NCBI GenBank assembly: GCA_050486505.1
Contig: JBJHDK010000021.1
Span: forward strand, 1 to 34,653
From: Fibrobacteria bacterium
Lineage (GTDB): Bacteria > Fibrobacterota > Fibrobacteria > UBA11236
Direction of reading: 5' to 3'
Length of the DNA: 34,653 nt
Numbering within the stretch: position 1 is the stretch's first letter; each line of letters opens with the position of its first letter. The notes beneath the pieces were generated by a model, which was not told the DNA's origin, did no database searches, and saw nothing but the letters and a program-made list of their open reading frames with translations. The translations under genes and the position numbers were made by a program. Shown here in pieces: positions 25,753 to 33,984 of this stretch.

Positions 25753-27503
25753 GGGTCCACCCGATAATATTTGACCGGTGCGCTCATCACCGCGCTTGCC
25801 TTCACGTTGTGCAGCCGCGCGTGCGAGAGCAGCTCGGAGGAGCGGTGGGCCATGAATAGCCAGGGCAGGTCCTCCGTGGCGATGACGTGCATGCGGCGGA
25901 TCAGATCGAGGCGCTCCGGCGTGTCGGGGAGTGCGGCCATTCTGGCGAAGAGGCGGTTGTACTCCGGGTTGTCATAGTTGGAGTTGTTCGCGCCCGGTGA
26001 GGCGTTGGGGCCGTAGAGCAGTTGCAGGAAGTTCTCCGGGTCGGGATAGTCGGCCATCCATCCCGCGCCCGCGAACTGGAAGTTGCGCGTGCGCACGCGG
26101 TTCAGGTACTCCGGCCAGGTCACGCCTTCGACCCGGATGCGGATCCCGAGCGCGGCCATGTTCTGCGCGAAGTGCTCGCCGCGCTGGCGGGCCTCGGTGT
26201 TGGCCAGCGTGAGGTAGGAGAACTCCGGCAGGCCCGCGCCGCCGGGAAACCCCGCCTCGGCCAGGCGCGCGCGCGCCGCTTCCACGTCGTAGCGCGCGTA
26301 GGGCGCCCGCCATTCCGGATCATGCCCGAAGAGGCCCGGCGGCACCAACCCGTGCGCGCGGATCCCGCGCCCGCTGTAGAACCTGTCGATGACCGTTTCC
26401 ACGTCGTAGCCCATCTGCAGCGCCTGCCGGAGCTTGCGGTGCGCGCCCAGGACGGGGTCCTCCATGTTCATGGAGATGTAGGTCACATCCAGCTCGTTGG
26501 TGCGGTGCAGGCGAATGCCCGCTTCGGCCAGGTCACCGCGCAGGGCGCGGTCGGGGTTGATCGCCTGCGAATGGTTGTCGCGCGGGATGGAGCTGCGGTC
26601 GAGATGCCCGCGCAAAAAGTTCAGCCACATCGGCTGGGTTTCGTTGAAGATGTACAACTCGACGCGGTCGACGAAAGGCAGAGGCCTTCCCGCATCCGCC
26701 ATCAAACCGGCGACGCTGTCCTCCGCCGTTCCCTCGGTCGGGTAAAACCCGTGCCGGTACTTCGGGTTACGCTCGAAGGCCAACCGCAGGCCGCGCCGCC
26801 ACTCTGCCAGCACGAAGGGACCCGTGCCCACGGGGTGGTTCATGAAGTCGAGACCGTAGTGCTCCACCGCCTCGCGCGCCACCACGGCCGCGTAGGGCAT
26901 GGCGAGCAGGTAGGGGAAGTAGGGGTAGGCCCGCGTGAGTTCGATGCGGACGGTGCTGTCGTCGAGGGCGCGCAGTCCCTCGACTTCCGTGTCGTAGAGG
27001 GCGGGATGCACGGTGTCGAGCAGCGGTGGCAGGGACTCGGAGGCCTCGCGAAAGGCGTTCAGGCCCTTGATCTTGCCGTCGAACACCCACCAGCCGTAGG
27101 TCTGCGTGCGCACATCGGCAAGGCGCTTGATGCTGTACATGAAGTCGTGTGCCGTCACCTCGCGGCCGATGCCCCCGGGGAAGGCCGGATCGTCGGCGAA
27201 TTCCACTCCGGGACGCATGCGGATCACGTACACCGTGCCGTCCTCCGAAACCTCGGGCATGGCCGCCGCGAGCGCGGGCTGCAAGGTGTACGGGCGTTTC
27301 AGATAGTGGTATTCGTAGAGTCCTTCGTAGATCTGGAACTGCGCCTGGATGGAGTACGAGTCCGATGCGTGCGCGGGGTCGAAGGATTTGAGGTTCGCGA
27401 TCAGGGCCCCGCGGTAGACGTTGCCCGGATCCTTGCCCGGAGAGCAGGCGGAAAGCGCCAGCAGGGCGGCGGAAAGCCACGCAATCCGGAAGGAAACACG
27501 CAT
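25749..27503 (-). CDS. Peptide ABC transporter substrate-binding lipoprotein (family 5)
   Basis: Lipobox LSAC; SFDPA, IYEGL, HPVGTGPF, GWMADYPDPENFLQLLY. Confidence 0.92.
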   Translation of the reverse strand: MRVSFRIAWLSAALLALSACSPGKDPGNVYRGALIANLKSFDPAHASDSYSIQAQFQIYEGLYEYHYLKRPYTLQPALAAAMPEVSEDGTVYVIRMRPGVEFADDPAFPGGIGREVTAHDFMYSIKRLADVRTQTYGWWVFDGKIKGLNAFREASESLPPLLDTVHPALYDTEVEGLRALDDSTVRIELTRAYPYFPYLLAMPYAAVVAREAVEHYGLDFMNHPVGTGPFVLAEWRRGLRLAFERNPKYRHGFYPTEGTAEDSVAGLMADAGRPLPFVDRVELYIFNETQPMWLNFLRGHLDRSSIPRDNHSQAINPDRALRGDLAEAGIRLHRTNELDVTYISMNMEDPVLGAHRKLRQALQMGYDVETVIDRFYSGRGIRAHGLVPPGLFGHDPEWRAPYARYDVEAARARLAEAGFPGGAGLPEFSYLTLANTEARQRGEHFAQNMAALGIRIRVEGVTWPEYLNRVRTRNFQFAGAGWMADYPDPENFLQLLYGPNASPGANNSNYDNPEYNRLFARMAALPDTPERLDLIRRMHVIATEDLPWLFMAHRSSELLSHARLHNVKASAVMSAPVKYYRVDP

Positions 27504-27562
27504 GACGGGGAAGGTAGTTTCCTAATTTCCCGACTTTCACGCAGAACCGCCCGAGGAGGCCC

Positions 27563-29347
27563 ATGAACCCGACAGGATCCCCGAAGTTCTGGCTCATCGC
27601 AGCCACCCCCATCGTCTTTTTCCTTGCCGCCTGCCAGCGTGACGGCGTTCCCTCGGGAGCCCTTACCGAATTCCTGACCGACACCGTGACGGTGGAGGAG
27701 GGGGGGGAACATGATCCGGTCGCCAACCCTGCCGCGGTTCCCGGCGGCACCTACGTGACCTGGGGGGGATCTTCGCCGCGCTCCCTCAACATGTGGCTCG
27801 ACTACACCAGCTTCAACGCGCAGGTGATGGGGCTGCTCTTCGAGAACCTCGTCAGCCTGCACTCCACCCGTGACGAACCCGTGGGCGTGCTGGCCGAGAG
27901 CTGGGACGTTTCGCCCGACGGCAAGACATTCACGTTTCGCATCGATCGCCGCGCGCGCTGGAGCGACGGCAAGCCGATCACCGCGCGCGACATCCAGTTC
28001 TATTACGACGTGATCATGAATCCTGACCACATGACGCCGATCTTTCGCGTGGGCCTGCGCCGCTTCGACCGCCCCGAACTCCTCGACAGCCTGACCATCC
28101 GCATGACGGCCAATGAGGCCCACTGGAGTAATTTCTGGGAGGCCGCGAGCCTGACGGCCTTCCCCGCGCACGTCTGGGAAGGCAAGAACTTCAACGATAT
28201 CCTGTACGACTTCCCCGTGGTCAGCGGCCCCTACCGCCTCGGCACGGTGCGGCGCGAACGCTTCGTTGCCCTCGAGCGCCGCGCCGACTGGTGGGGACGC
28301 GCAAAGCGTTACAACCAGAACAAGTATAACTTTGCGCAGATCCGCTTCCGCTTCATGGAGGATCGCAACAAGGCGCTCGATGCCTTCCGCAAGGGGGACT
28401 TCGATTCCTATGCCGTGTACACGGCGTCGATCTGGGCGGAGCGCACTCGCTTCCCGCAAATCGAAAACGGCTGGGTGGCGCGGCAGGAGATCTACAACCG
28501 CGAGCCCATCGGCTTTCAGGGCTTCGCCGTCAACATGCGCCGCCCCCATCTGCAGGACGTGCGCGTGCGCCGCGCCTTGGCGCACCTCCTCAACCGTGAG
28601 TTGATGAATGACCGCTTGATGTACAACCAGTATTTCCTGCTCAATTCATTCTTCCCCGATCTGTTCCCCGACAACGTGAACCCCGATGCCCCCATGCTGG
28701 AGTATGATCCGGAGAAGGCCCGCCAGTTGTTCGCGGAGGCGGGATGGACCCCCGGGCCCGACGGCGTTCTCGTCAGGGACGGTCAGCGCTTCGAGGTGTC
28801 GTTCCTCACGCCCACCGCCGACATGCGCCACTACAATGTTTATCTCGAGGACTTGCGTGCCGCGGGCGTGGCGGCCCGCATCGAGCAGATGTCGCAGTCG
28901 GCCATCCGCCGCCGCCTCGACTCGCACGACTTCGATCTTTACTGGGCGGCGTGGGGCGCGGGCCGCCTGCGCAACCCCGAGACCCTGTGGAGCTCGGAGA
29001 CGGCGGACCAGCCCGGCTCGAACAATTTCCCCGGCCTGCGCGATGCGCTGGTGGATTCGCTGATCGAAGCCCAGAAAACGGAGATGGATCTGGGGCGTCG
29101 CAATGCGATGCTGGCGCAAATGGACGCCCGGCTGACGGAGATGGTGCCGTATGTGCTTCTGTGGCAATCCGACCGCACGCGCCTTTTGTACTGGAATCGT
29201 TTCGGGAAGCCGGAACACGTTTTGGACAAGTACGGGCGCGAGGACGCGGCGTTGGTGTACTGGTTCGTGGATGCCGAGAAGGAGCGCAAGCTGCGCGCCC
29301 GCGAGCCGATGCCGGTGGCGCCGGAGATTGTGCGGTACGAAGAATGA
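27563..29347 (+). CDS. yejA: Peptide ABC transporter substrate-binding lipoprotein, YejA-like
   Basis: Lipobox LAAC; ANPAAVPGG, ARWSDGKPITA.D, SGPY, RADWWG...YNF, DVRVRRAL. Followed by yejB/yejE-like permeases. Confidence 0.8.
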   Translation: MNPTGSPKFWLIAATPIVFFLAACQRDGVPSGALTEFLTDTVTVEEGGEHDPVANPAAVPGGTYVTWGGSSPRSLNMWLDYTSFNAQVMGLLFENLVSLHSTRDEPVGVLAESWDVSPDGKTFTFRIDRRARWSDGKPITARDIQFYYDVIMNPDHMTPIFRVGLRRFDRPELLDSLTIRMTANEAHWSNFWEAASLTAFPAHVWEGKNFNDILYDFPVVSGPYRLGTVRRERFVALERRADWWGRAKRYNQNKYNFAQIRFRFMEDRNKALDAFRKGDFDSYAVYTASIWAERTRFPQIENGWVARQEIYNREPIGFQGFAVNMRRPHLQDVRVRRALAHLLNRELMNDRLMYNQYFLLNSFFPDLFPDNVNPDAPMLEYDPEKARQLFAEAGWTPGPDGVLVRDGQRFEVSFLTPTADMRHYNVYLEDLRAAGVAARIEQMSQSAIRRRLDSHDFDLYWAAWGAGRLRNPETLWSSETADQPGSNNFPGLRDALVDSLIEAQKTEMDLGRRNAMLAQMDARLTEMVPYVLLWQSDRTRLLYWNRFGKPEHVLDKYGREDAALVYWFVDAEKERKLRAREPMPVAPEIVRYEE

Positions 29348-29378
29348 GTTACGAGTTGCGAGTTACAAGTTACGAGTT
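29344..29378 (+). repeat. Heptamer array, variant single arm (ACGAGTT-type x5), copy B
   Basis: ATGAGTT ACGAGTT GCGAGTT ACAAGTT ACGAGTT, overlapping the yejA stop. Confidence 0.85.
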
Positions 29379-29453
29379 GGGCGGGATCCAGAGCGCTCTA
29401 GTTGATGTTGTACGCCACACCCCTTGGTTTATACAAGATCCGAAAAAATTCGG

Positions 29454-29945
29454 ATGAGCGGCGTCAAGGTTCCAAACGAGAAATTCCTTTTCTCTGCCAG
29501 GAGTTTTTACAAAGCCACTAAATGGTTACATGAACAGAAGCTTGAAGGTGTACCAATTATTGTGAATGGGGTTTTGGCACTCGAACTTTACCTTAAAAGC
29601 TTGGATGCTTCGGTTGTAGTTGAAGGTGAACTTAATAGTGCAGATGGCGTTTCTTTTAGGACAATCCCCAACAATCCTACACATGGACTTGCAAAACTTT
29701 TTGACTCCCTTTCTCCCAACACTCAAGATCAGCTAGCAAGCGCTTTCGGAAAGATCCCAGTCCATTCGTATGAACATGGAAGAGACGTCGATTTGGATTT
29801 TCGACAATGCCTCGAATTATACGAGGGGGCATTTGTTGCATGGAGATATGTGTTCGAGCGGAAGAATGTGCGCCCTATAAACATCACTGTTCTCCTTGAG
29901 ATTCTTCGTTTTCTGGATCACACGATTCCGTCGATTAAAGAATGA
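29454..29945 (+). CDS. HEPN domain-like protein, low GC, inserted in the yej operon (163 aa)
   Basis: ALELYLKSL, THGLAKLF and FVAWRY match the HEPN pattern (aE..LKa...H.l..L...RY). AT-rich codons; stop overlaps the yejB ATG. Confidence 0.65.
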   Translation: MSGVKVPNEKFLFSARSFYKATKWLHEQKLEGVPIIVNGVLALELYLKSLDASVVVEGELNSADGVSFRTIPNNPTHGLAKLFDSLSPNTQDQLASAFGKIPVHSYEHGRDVDLDFRQCLELYEGAFVAWRYVFERKNVRPINITVLLEILRFLDHTIPSIKE

Positions 29946-30955
29946 AATCCTACATCCTCCGCCGCCTCTTGCTGATGATCCCGACCTTGCTCGGGATCTC
30001 GATCGTGTGCTTTGCCCTGACGCAATTCGTGCCCGGCGGTCCGGTGGAACAGATGATCTCGCAGATCCAGTCTTCCGCGGGGGATCGGGGGGCGGACGCT
30101 TCGCGGGCCATCACGCCGGAGGAGCTCGAGAACATCAAGCGCTATTACGGATTCGACAAGCCCGTGCATCTGCGCTACCTCGAATGGATGGGAAACATTC
30201 TCCGCCTCGACATGGGGCGCTCCTTCTCCTACGGCGAGCCCGCGTGGGACGTGATCAAATCGAAGTTTCCCATCAGCCTGTTCTTCGGGGTCACGTCCTT
30301 CATTCTCTCCTACCTGATCTGCATTCCGCTGGGGCTCGCCAAGGCGCTGCGCCACAAGTCCGGGTTCGACACGACCACGTCGGCGTTGCTCTTCGCGGGC
30401 TACGTCGTGCCCGGCTTCGCGCTGGGCGTTCTGCTGCTCACTTTCTTCGCAGGGGGGCAGTACCTCGACTGGTTCCCCCTCTCGGGCATTGTCTCCGACG
30501 ACTGGGAATATCTCTCTCCCTGGGGCAAGGTCACCGATTTCCTGTGGCACATGACCTTGCCGCTGATCTGTTACATGGCGGGAGAATTCGCCTTTCTCAC
30601 GTTGCTCATGAAAAACGCCCTGCTCGAGGAGATGTCGAAGGATTACATGCGCACGGCCCTGTTGCAGGGCATGACCTTCAAGCAGGCCGTGTGGAGGCAC
30701 GCGCTGCGCAATGCCCTTATCCCGCTGGCGACGCGCGCGGGAGAGATCTTCACGCTGATGTTCGCGGGCGCGCTGCTCATCGAGAAGGTGTTCGACATCG
30801 ACGGCATGGGCCTGCTCGTGTTCACCTCCATCGAAAACCGCGACTACAACGTCGTGCTGGGCATCATCCTGTTCTCCAGCTTCCTCGCCATGCTGGGGAG
30901 GCTTTTCTCAGACATCCTGTATGTGTGGGTGGATCCGAGGATCAGGTTTAAATGA
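29942..30955 (+). CDS. yejB: Peptide ABC transporter permease, YejB-like
   Basis: YILRRLLLMIPTLLGI...QFVPGGPVEQMI, YGFDKP, LLIEKVF.IDGMGLL, YVWVDPRI. Confidence 0.85.
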   Translation: MKSYILRRLLLMIPTLLGISIVCFALTQFVPGGPVEQMISQIQSSAGDRGADASRAITPEELENIKRYYGFDKPVHLRYLEWMGNILRLDMGRSFSYGEPAWDVIKSKFPISLFFGVTSFILSYLICIPLGLAKALRHKSGFDTTTSALLFAGYVVPGFALGVLLLTFFAGGQYLDWFPLSGIVSDDWEYLSPWGKVTDFLWHMTLPLICYMAGEFAFLTLLMKNALLEEMSKDYMRTALLQGMTFKQAVWRHALRNALIPLATRAGEIFTLMFAGALLIEKVFDIDGMGLLVFTSIENRDYNVVLGIILFSSFLAMLGRLFSDILYVWVDPRIRFK

Positions 30956-31135
30956 ATTACGAATTACGCCCTATGAGGTCGCGGAGCGAACGAATCATTA
31001 AGAATTATGAATTAAGCTCCATGAGGTTGCGGAGCAAACGAACCATTAAGAATGAAAGCCAAGCAGTGGAGTTTAAAATCTTGCCGCCACTTTCATTTCT
31101 AATTCTTAATTCTCAATTCTTAATTCTTAATTCCC
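30952..31135. repeat. Heptamer inverted-arm element, copy C, with internal 48-bp tandem duplication
   Basis: ATGAATT ACGAATT at the yejB stop, 48-bp units starting at 30954 and 31002, right arm AATTCTT-type x5 at 31101-31135. Confidence 0.85.
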
Positions 31136-31154
31136 GCGTGAGGGCGGTGTGACC

Positions 31155-32186
31155 ATGTTCTCCGACCTCACACGCGATCGCTTCCGCCGGTTCCGTTCCA
31201 TGAAGCGTGCATGGTGGTCGCTGTGCATTCTCGCGTGCGTGTTCGTCCTTTCCCTTTTCAGCGAGATGATCTCGAACGACCGTCCCCTGTTGCTGGGCTA
31301 CAAGGGCGCCATCCACACGCCGGTGTTCAAGTTCTACCCCGGCACACAATTCGGCCTGCCGCATGGCACCCAGGTGGATTACCACGGATTACGGGAAAAC
31401 CCGCAGTTCAGGGAGGCCGGGGGCTGGATGGTGTTCCCCCCGCTGCGATGGGGTCCCTACCGGGCCAACCTTGACCAACCGGGGAACCCTCCGCACGCGC
31501 CCTCGACGCGCCATTGGCTGGGTACGGACAACACCGGGCGTGACGTGCTCTCCCGCTTGTTGTACGGCTTCCGGCTCTCGATGGTCTTCGCATTGACGAT
31601 TTGCGCGCTGGCCGCCTTCCTGGGAATCTTCATCGGCGGCCTGCAGGGCTGGCTCGGTGGAAAAACCGACATCATCGGCCAGCGATTCATCGAGATCTGG
31701 TCGGCGCTTCCGTTTCTCTACGTCGTCATCCTGCTGGGCGCGATCTATGGACGCAGTTTCTGGCTGCTGGTCTTCGTTGTCTCGATCTTTTCATGGATCG
31801 GCATGTCGTATTACTTGCGCGGCGAGTTCTACCGTCTCAAGAACCTGAATTACGTGAAAGCCGCGCGTGCCCTGGGAATTCCCGCACCGCGTATCTTCGT
31901 GCGGCACGTTCTTCCCAATGCGCTGACCCCCGTCATCACCGTGCTCCCCTTCCTGCTGATCTCGGGCATCGGCTCGCTGACCTCGCTCGATTTCCTCGGG
32001 TTCGGCCTGCAACCTCCCGCGCCCTCTTGGGGCGAAATGCTGCGGCAGGGACTCGACAACCTGCACGCGCCCTGGTTGGCGTTCTCCGCGACCACGGCAC
32101 TGTTCTTCACGCTTTTGTTGGCGACGTTCGTCGGGGAAGGGTTGCGGGAGGCATTCGACCCGAAGTCCGATGGAAGGATGGAGTGA
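31155..32186 (+). CDS. yejE: Peptide ABC transporter permease, YejE-like
   Basis: RFRRFRSMKRAWWSL, LSLFSEMISNDRPLL, HWLGTDNTGRDVL.RL.YGFR.S, LTSLDFLGFGL, GEGLREAFDP. Alternative GTG start at 31149. Confidence 0.85.
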   Translation: MFSDLTRDRFRRFRSMKRAWWSLCILACVFVLSLFSEMISNDRPLLLGYKGAIHTPVFKFYPGTQFGLPHGTQVDYHGLRENPQFREAGGWMVFPPLRWGPYRANLDQPGNPPHAPSTRHWLGTDNTGRDVLSRLLYGFRLSMVFALTICALAAFLGIFIGGLQGWLGGKTDIIGQRFIEIWSALPFLYVVILLGAIYGRSFWLLVFVVSIFSWIGMSYYLRGEFYRLKNLNYVKAARALGIPAPRIFVRHVLPNALTPVITVLPFLLISGIGSLTSLDFLGFGLQPPAPSWGEMLRQGLDNLHAPWLAFSATTALFFTLLLATFVGEGLREAFDPKSDGRME

Positions 32187-32188
32187 CG

Positions 32189-32347
32189 AAGAATTAAGAA
32201 TTACGAATTAAGAATTACGAATGAGGGGAACTCACGAATGGCATGGATTCCTGAACTTCATTTGCTTTGCGTCTGGATGCTTCACACAAGCACCCCCTTT
32301 GTGTTCAATTCTTAATTCGTAATTCTTAATTCGTAATTCATAATTTT
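32189..32347. repeat. Heptamer inverted-arm element, copy D
   Basis: Left arm AAGAATT/ACGAATT at 32189-32223, 83-bp core, right arm AATTCTT/AATTCGT at 32307-32347. Confidence 0.9.
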
Positions 32348-32352
32348 CCCCC

Positions 32353-33168
32353 ATGCTTCCCTCCCGTTCCTCCCTCGCGGAACTGATCTCGTCCCGGATT
32401 GAACGCGATTCTGCCGCCCTCACCGCAGCATGGAGCGGCTCCGGGCCGGTGCGCCACGTCGCGATCGATGACTTGCTTCCCGAGGCGGAGGCCCGCGCGG
32501 TGGCCGGGGCGTTTCCCTCACGGGAGAAACTGGGGCGCTACGACAGCCTGAAGGAGCGCAAAAGCATCGGCGTGGACATGGAAGCGTATGATCCCCTGAT
32601 GAAGGAAATCACCTTCGCGTTTCAGGACGCGCGGGTGTTGCGGGCCGTCGAGGTGATCACGGGAATCGCGACCCTGAATCCGGACCAAAACCTCTACAGC
32701 AGCGGGCTGAGTTCGATGGGTGACGGGGATTACCTGAACCCTCACATCGACAACTCCGGGAACCCCCTCTTGAACCAATATCGTCGCATCAATCTGCTGT
32801 ACTATGTCACCCCGGATTGGGATCCGGAGTGGGGTGGAAACCTGGAATTGTGGGACGCACGGCGCGCCGATCCGGTGCGGGTTGAGCCGCGTTTCAACCG
32901 GCTTGTGCTCATGAACACCAACCGGACGTCGTTTCATTCGGTGAACCCGATCCGGGGCGCGGGCGGGCTGCGCCGCAACTGCGTGTCAAACTACTACTTC
33001 TCGCCCGAATCTCCCGAGGGGTACGACTACTTCCACGTGACGAGTTTCCGCGGCCGCCCGGAGCAGCCGGTACGCGACGCCTGGTTGCGCTTCGACGCCT
33101 GGGCGCGCGGGATGTATCGCAGGTTTCGCCCCCGCAAAGCGAGCGACATTCGGCACAAGTACGGGTGA
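32353..33168 (+). CDS. 2OG-Fe(II) oxygenase (prolyl-hydroxylase-like)
   Basis: YLNPHID (HxD), RRINLLYY, WGGNLELWD, PRFNRLV, SFHSV (His), RNC (2OG-binding Arg). Confidence 0.9.
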   Translation: MLPSRSSLAELISSRIERDSAALTAAWSGSGPVRHVAIDDLLPEAEARAVAGAFPSREKLGRYDSLKERKSIGVDMEAYDPLMKEITFAFQDARVLRAVEVITGIATLNPDQNLYSSGLSSMGDGDYLNPHIDNSGNPLLNQYRRINLLYYVTPDWDPEWGGNLELWDARRADPVRVEPRFNRLVLMNTNRTSFHSVNPIRGAGGLRRNCVSNYYFSPESPEGYDYFHVTSFRGRPEQPVRDAWLRFDAWARGMYRRFRPRKASDIRHKYG

Positions 33169-33171
33169 GTT

Positions 33172-33327
33172 CAATTACGAATTAAGAATTGGGAATTGGG
33201 AATTAAGAATTAACGTGACAAACTCGGGTGCCTGCTCTCGGTGATCCCCTCACTCCAAGTTTATTCGCACTACTCAAAGCTCTCCCTGTGTTCAATTCTT
33301 AATTCCCAATTCTTAATTCATAATTCA
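33172..33327. repeat. Heptamer inverted-arm element, copy E
   Basis: Left arm ACGAATT AAGAATT GGGAATT GGGAATT AAGAATT ending at 33211, 82-bp core, right arm 33294-33326 overlapping the HAD stop. Confidence 0.9.
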
Positions 33328-33975
33328 CTTCTCCCATCCCAACACCTTTCCCACGTCTCTCAATCCCTTCACGATCGCGATCGGCTTGAACTTCGAGAAG
33401 GGGTGGTCTCCGTTGTCGATTCCGATGAAGGGGATCCCTGCGGTTTCGGCTGCGAGTGCGTCCTGCACGGCGTCTCCGACATAGATCGCCTCGGAGGGCT
33501 TGAGTCCGTGTCGAACCAGCAAGTCGCGCAGGCGGTCCGCCTTGACGGGAGGGTAGCCGTGCACCTCGCGGAAATGGCTGCGGATGTCGAAGAGTTCCAT
33601 CGTCCCGTCGATGACGTCTTGCGGGGTTCCGGTGACGACGACGAGAGGAGTGCCGCGCGCGTTCGCGTTCTTCAGGAAATCAACCGCACCGGGCATGAGG
33701 CGCATGCGCGGGCGCAGGCGCAGATCCTCCTCCGCGAAGCGGGCGAGCACGCGATCCCGTGCTTCCACGGAGATCTCGTCTCCGGACAACGCCTTGAACA
33801 TCAGGGGCAGCGCGCGCGAGCGCGAGAGGCCGGCGTGAAGCAATTGTTGATCGCGGATCCTTTGCCGGGGAAAGCCGTATTCGGCAAGCGCGTAGCAGTA
33901 GGCGTCGAGCTTGATGGTCATGGAGTCCATGATCACGCCGTCGAAGTCGAGGAAGATCCAGCGGGGAGAAATCAT
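33325..33975 (-). CDS. HAD family hydrolase (phosphoglycolate phosphatase-like)
   Basis: FLDFDGVIMDS (motif I), VVTG (II), K (III), YVGDAVQD (IV). Confidence 0.9.
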   Translation of the reverse strand: MISPRWIFLDFDGVIMDSMTIKLDAYCYALAEYGFPRQRIRDQQLLHAGLSRSRALPLMFKALSGDEISVEARDRVLARFAEEDLRLRPRMRLMPGAVDFLKNANARGTPLVVVTGTPQDVIDGTMELFDIRSHFREVHGYPPVKADRLRDLLVRHGLKPSEAIYVGDAVQDALAAETAGIPFIGIDNGDHPFSKFKPIAIVKGLRDVGKVLGWEK

Positions 33976-33984
33976 TGGGAAACC

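Noticed and set aside
30952..33327. Heptamer arrays as a CRISPR array, or as small peptides (MNYELR..., ...ELRIKNYEL...)
   Set aside because: The unit is 7 bp with no 23-50 bp repeats separated by unique spacers, and no cas genes are present. The short ORFs are just translations of the repeat.
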